Source: Fervidobacterium sp.
GTDB lineage: Bacteria; Thermotogota; Thermotogae; Thermotogales; Fervidobacteriaceae
Assembly: GCA_049970055.1 (NCBI GenBank)
Contig: JBMFNR010000001.1
Location: forward strand, 160,001 to 224,000
Reading direction: 5' to 3'
DNA length: 64,000 nt
The translations under genes and the position numbers were made by a program. The notes below the pieces were generated by a model. It was not told where the DNA came from. It ran no database searches and saw nothing but the letters and a program-made list of their open reading frames with translations. Every line of letters starts with the position of its first letter. Position 1 is the stretch's first letter. Positions 60,354 through 64,000 of this stretch are shown here, one piece after another.

Positions 60354-61315
60354 CTTTCAACTAACCTCTCTCTATTTTGAGCTTCCCAAAGTAAATCTTG
60401 TTGTATCAGGTTTATATCTTCTATTTTGTACACAAGCTTATTCTTGGGAGCTTTTGGTGAAAGTGGTATAACATACCAACTTGCAATTATTGCCTGTGCT
60501 TTATCACTGAGTATCCAATTGTAAAGTTTTTTTGCTTCAAGAGGTTCTTTACCTCCTTTTATAAGAGACATAGCAGCAATTTCATATCCGGTCCCCTCTT
60601 TTGGAAGAGTAATGACTATTGGAGCCCCTTCTTTCTGGAGTTTTATTAAATCATGAAGGTATCCAATAGCTATTGCTGTTTCGCCGATAGCACAATCTTT
60701 GCCTGGTGCTGAACCAGACTTAGTGTACATATTAACGTTTGCATCAAGTCTTTTTAGATAATCAAAGACTCTGTCTTCATCTTTTTTGTAAATGTTAACA
60801 AGTGTTGTAATAACATTGTAAGCTGTTCCAGACGTATTTGGATTTGCCATTCTTATCAAGCCTTTATATTCTGGTTTAAGTAGATCGGCCCAACTTGTTG
60901 GTGGATTGATGCCAAGTTCTTTAGCTTTGTTTTTGTTTGTCGCAAATGCAAGAGGTCCAACGTACAGTCCAATCCAGTAGCCATCAGGATCTTTGAATTT
61001 TGGATCGATAAACTGGCTATAGGGAGCTTTGTATGGAGTTGTTAAACCTTTCAACTTGGCTTCAACATGGAAAACTCCTACGCCACCAACCCATATAGAT
61101 GCTTGAGGATTGTTCTTTTCTGCCTCTAGTCTTGCTATTACTTCACCGGTGGATAACCTAACCCAATTAACTTTGATACCTGTTTCCTTTTCAAATTCCG
61201 CAAATAAGACTTTTGCCAAAGGTTCTTCAAGTGTTGTGTATGCGTTTACGTAATTGGCCGCAAAGACGACCAATGCTGAGAGAAATAATACTGCTAAAAT
61301 CACATATTTTCTCAT
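60329..61315 (-). CDS. ABC substrate-binding protein (AfuA/FbpA family)
   Basis: FEKETGIKVNWVRLSTGE..RLEAEKNNPQASIWVGG, PTSWADLL, NPNTSGTAY; ATG 61315. Confidence 0.9.
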   Translation of the reverse strand: MRKYVILAVLFLSALVVFAANYVNAYTTLEEPLAKVLFAEFEKETGIKVNWVRLSTGEVIARLEAEKNNPQASIWVGGVGVFHVEAKLKGLTTPYKAPYSQFIDPKFKDPDGYWIGLYVGPLAFATNKNKAKELGINPPTSWADLLKPEYKGLIRMANPNTSGTAYNVITTLVNIYKKDEDRVFDYLKRLDANVNMYTKSGSAPGKDCAIGETAIAIGYLHDLIKLQKEGAPIVITLPKEGTGYEIAAMSLIKGGKEPLEAKKLYNWILSDKAQAIIASWYVIPLSPKAPKNKLVYKIEDINLIQQDLLWEAQNRERLVERWNKEIGK

Positions 61316-61357
61316 ACCCCACACCTCCTACTCGTAGGATTATAGGTTTAGTAAAAT

Positions 61358-62386
61358 CTAAACACTGTAAAAAGGTACATCAACTTTATACTTTCCTCTG
61401 AATGTTTCTTCCTTTAGCATCAGAGGGCTGTCAAGATCATGGAAATCGAAAGCACCTGTTCCAAGCGCAAAGTGTACGCTCTGATTCACTCCTAAACTTG
61501 ATTCAGCCATACAACCCAGCATTAGTCTAAGATTTGCAGCTTTAACTATTTCAACAATTGCAAGTGCATCACTTATACCTGATTTCATAAGCTTTATATT
61601 GATGTAATCTACCGCCTCTTCTTTTATCAATCTTAGAACATCGTACTTAGTTTTTGCACTTTCATCGGCGGCAACGGGGAATGGTGAGTTCCACCTGATG
61701 TACTTCAGACCTTCAATATCGGTCATTGCAACAGGTTGCTCAAAAACAGCTATGTCTATGCCTGCTTTATAAATTTCTGTGACGAATTGAACGGCTTGTT
61801 TAGGTGTGTACCCAGTGTTTGCATCAATTATGTACTTACATCCTTTGCTTACCTCATAAATTGCAATTAGTGCTTCGATATCTTCCTTGAGGTTCTCCCC
61901 CACTTTTATCTTTATTATTCTGTGTCCTCTTGCGACAATTTCTTTTGCATCATTTACCCTTTCCTCGATCGATCCGATACTTATCGTATAATCCGTTTCC
62001 AACTGCTTTTTTGCACCACCAAATATCTGATAGACCGGCACACCAATTTCCTCACTGAAAGCATCCAGCACAGCGTATTGAACGGCTGCTTTTATACTTG
62101 TGGCTGACTTTAATGAGTCAGTAACGTCGAAAATTTTCCTATACTCTTTAACATCCATTCCGACTACCATGTCATTTACAGCATTTTCAAGTCCCAACAA
62201 AGCATCTACTTTTTCGCCGTTAACTCTAAATGATGGAGAGGCTTCACCGTGACCAATCACACCATTTTCTAGTTCTAAAATAACCTCAATATTTTGAGCA
62301 CTATAAGAAATGTTGTTGGTTATGTGGAAAGGTTTTACGTACTCAAAAGTGTTTAATTTGAACTTTACTGATTTAATTTTAGCCAT
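61358..62386 (-). CDS. Dipeptide (L-Ala-D/L-Glu-type) epimerase, enolase superfamily
   Basis: GHGEA, KIKVG, DANTGY, FEQP, AADES, NIKLMKSG, GCMAES, DLD. Confidence 0.93.
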   Translation of the reverse strand: MAKIKSVKFKLNTFEYVKPFHITNNISYSAQNIEVILELENGVIGHGEASPSFRVNGEKVDALLGLENAVNDMVVGMDVKEYRKIFDVTDSLKSATSIKAAVQYAVLDAFSEEIGVPVYQIFGGAKKQLETDYTISIGSIEERVNDAKEIVARGHRIIKIKVGENLKEDIEALIAIYEVSKGCKYIIDANTGYTPKQAVQFVTEIYKAGIDIAVFEQPVAMTDIEGLKYIRWNSPFPVAADESAKTKYDVLRLIKEEAVDYINIKLMKSGISDALAIVEIVKAANLRLMLGCMAESSLGVNQSVHFALGTGAFDFHDLDSPLMLKEETFRGKYKVDVPFYSV

Positions 62387-62403
62387 ACCAATGCCTCCCG
62401 TTT

Positions 62404-63783
62404 TTAGCTTTTTACTTTTTTAAACTCGATAACTTCAATTTTACTCTCAAGGTCAATAACATAGCCATCTTCTTCTTTTGTGATGACTTCCATTTCACCG
62501 GATTGATTATCGTAAGGATCCAAACGCCATGATAATTTGTTTGGAACAAAATCACTTTGGAATTCAGTATTAGCAATCATTCTGAAACCATCAAGGTTCG
62601 TGAAGTAAAACAACCTTAGGCCTTCGTTTTCTCTTCTACCACCACCAAAGGATAAATCAACAGGTACCCAACCGTATTTTTCAAGGTATATAATTGCCCA
62701 ATCGTGCGGCGAGGCAATAAGAGGTGTTATGCTCCAACCAGATTGCCATCTTGCAGGTACTCCAACCATTCTGCACAGTGTGATAAACAAAAGCGCTTGA
62801 AACCCACAGTCACCTTTGAATACCGTGGCAACGTATTCTGGAATGTTATCATACAGCGCATATGGGAGAACATATGAATAATTTACATTAAGTGTTATAA
62901 AATCGTATATCCGCCTCGCTTTTGTTATATCGTCTATATTTTTTAGATCTTCACCGTGAAATATCAAGTCGATGAGGTTCCAAAGGTAAGGAGTGAATCT
63001 GATGTGTGGTAATTTTTCGGATAAATCCTCCTTGGTAGGATTATCTCTGTACAGTCCTTCAAAACCGATCCAGTCTTGAATTTTGTAAACGAATTCAACG
63101 TAAAAATTTTCTGAATCAAAACCTTCCATATAGACGGTCCTTTGACCTACGTTATTTGGAGCAATTTCAACATCGTGGCTTGATAATATTAACTCAACAT
63201 CCGATTGTTGATATGCTTCTTTCGGAAATGGGAGCCAAACTCTAACCTTTGATTGTGTAGGATTTTCTCGCTTTAAAGTTATTTTCGCCCTTATTTGAAA
63301 CTTTGTTGGCTTTCCGCCATCTATCAATTTTGTGATAGATTTATTTATAATAGCTCTTCTTTTGTTTGCTAATCTGAAATCGTAATCCATCTTCTGTCTA
63401 TCTTTGAACTTCGGATGATTGAAAAACAAATTACTATCAAATCGGTTCTCAAAGTACGGCACATCATCTATGTACATCCACTCTAAGACATTTTCAGACA
63501 TCATCATCTCAAACTCGCTCTTTTTCAAATTTCTAAGTCTTTTCTTGAGTATTTGAAATGCTCTCTCTTTTGTGATGCTGTAAGTCTTTCTTAATAGTAA
63601 TATTCTGTACAATTCAAAGTGTAGCTTTTTATTCAGACCGTGCGGGATTTTATGCTCTAATCGCTCTTTTATCTTCATTTTTGCTCTTTTCAGTTTTCCA
63701 CTAAGTATGTCTCTTTTTATATCTTCCGGTGTTGGAAACACAAGAAAATCCAAGCTCATCCCTCCAATCTTGAAATCTTTCAT
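62404..63783 (-). CDS. Transglutaminase-like cysteine hydrolase
   Basis: Cys-His-Asp triad: GDCGFQA, PHDWA, GWVPVD; start uncertain (63783 or 63759). Confidence 0.85.
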   Translation of the reverse strand: MKDFKIGGMSLDFLVFPTPEDIKRDILSGKLKRAKMKIKERLEHKIPHGLNKKLHFELYRILLLRKTYSITKERAFQILKKRLRNLKKSEFEMMMSENVLEWMYIDDVPYFENRFDSNLFFNHPKFKDRQKMDYDFRLANKRRAIINKSITKLIDGGKPTKFQIRAKITLKRENPTQSKVRVWLPFPKEAYQQSDVELILSSHDVEIAPNNVGQRTVYMEGFDSENFYVEFVYKIQDWIGFEGLYRDNPTKEDLSEKLPHIRFTPYLWNLIDLIFHGEDLKNIDDITKARRIYDFITLNVNYSYVLPYALYDNIPEYVATVFKGDCGFQALLFITLCRMVGVPARWQSGWSITPLIASPHDWAIIYLEKYGWVPVDLSFGGGRRENEGLRLFYFTNLDGFRMIANTEFQSDFVPNKLSWRLDPYDNQSGEMEVITKEEDGYVIDLESKIEVIEFKKVKS

Positions 63784-63852
63784 CTTTACAAATATATTTT
63801 ACATGTTTTTAATTAAATTAACAAGCAGGATTTTTAAGAAAAGTTTTTGAGA

Positions 63853-63881
63853 TTGACTTTAATGGAAAAATAATGTATACT
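63853..63881 (+). promoter_or_regulatory. Putative sigma-A promoter
   Basis: TTGACT-N17-TATACT. Confidence 0.7.
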
Positions 63882-63908
63882 TTATGTAAAAATCAAGGAG
63901 GTGATTTT

Positions 63909-64000
63909 ATGGTCTTCCAAGGACAATGCGGTGAAATTGAAGTGTCTGAAAAGGCGATGAAAAAGATGGTGCTTCTTTCCATAGGAGAGCTTAGTGAAAT
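63909..64000 (+). CDS. Partial CDS, possibly Asp23/Gls24 family (truncated by window edge)
   Basis: AGGAGGTG RBS; MVFQGQCGEIEVSEKAMKKMV resembles the GxIxIS start of Asp23/Gls24 proteins. Confidence 0.5.
   Translation, partial: MVFQGQCGEIEVSEKAMKKMVLLSIGELSE

Overview
AT-rich chromosomal segment of a Thermotogae bacterium, most likely Fervidobacterium. The GH5 is very close to the FnCel5A-type cellulase, and the tRNA-Arg(GCG), PPi-type PFK and tandem family-5 ABC operons fit. Left to right: a partial groEL and groES with a CIRCE operator; a decayed type I R-M hsdM next to tRNA-Ala; a three-gene cell-surface operon (Ig-like lipoprotein, beta-propeller protein ending in a dockerin-like motif, small lipoprotein); MFS transporter and PPi-PFK; tRNA-Leu; a short divergent flagellin; a 6xFN3 plus propeller surface protein; a cellodextrin/beta-glycan locus (ABC transporter, GH1, LacI, GH5) with a LacI-type operator; an Opp operon; an rnfB-dprA-panC-GH31-xseAB operon; a structured C-rich leader or sRNA followed by pelG-pelD-pelE-metF-priA; an NSS transporter with an unannotated 33-aa partner; a CotH kinase operon; tRNA-Ser and tRNA-Arg; cinA-lacI-ddl-M48 peptidase; and a transglutaminase-like gene, a dipeptide epimerase and an ABC transporter whose permease carries an N-terminal Cache-like sensor domain. 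No CRISPR array, rRNA or intact mobile element was seen. The best leads are the partial Pel system with its upstream RNA element, the sensor-fused permease, and the putative cohesin/dockerin surface module. All calls come from reading motifs by eye; no searches were run.
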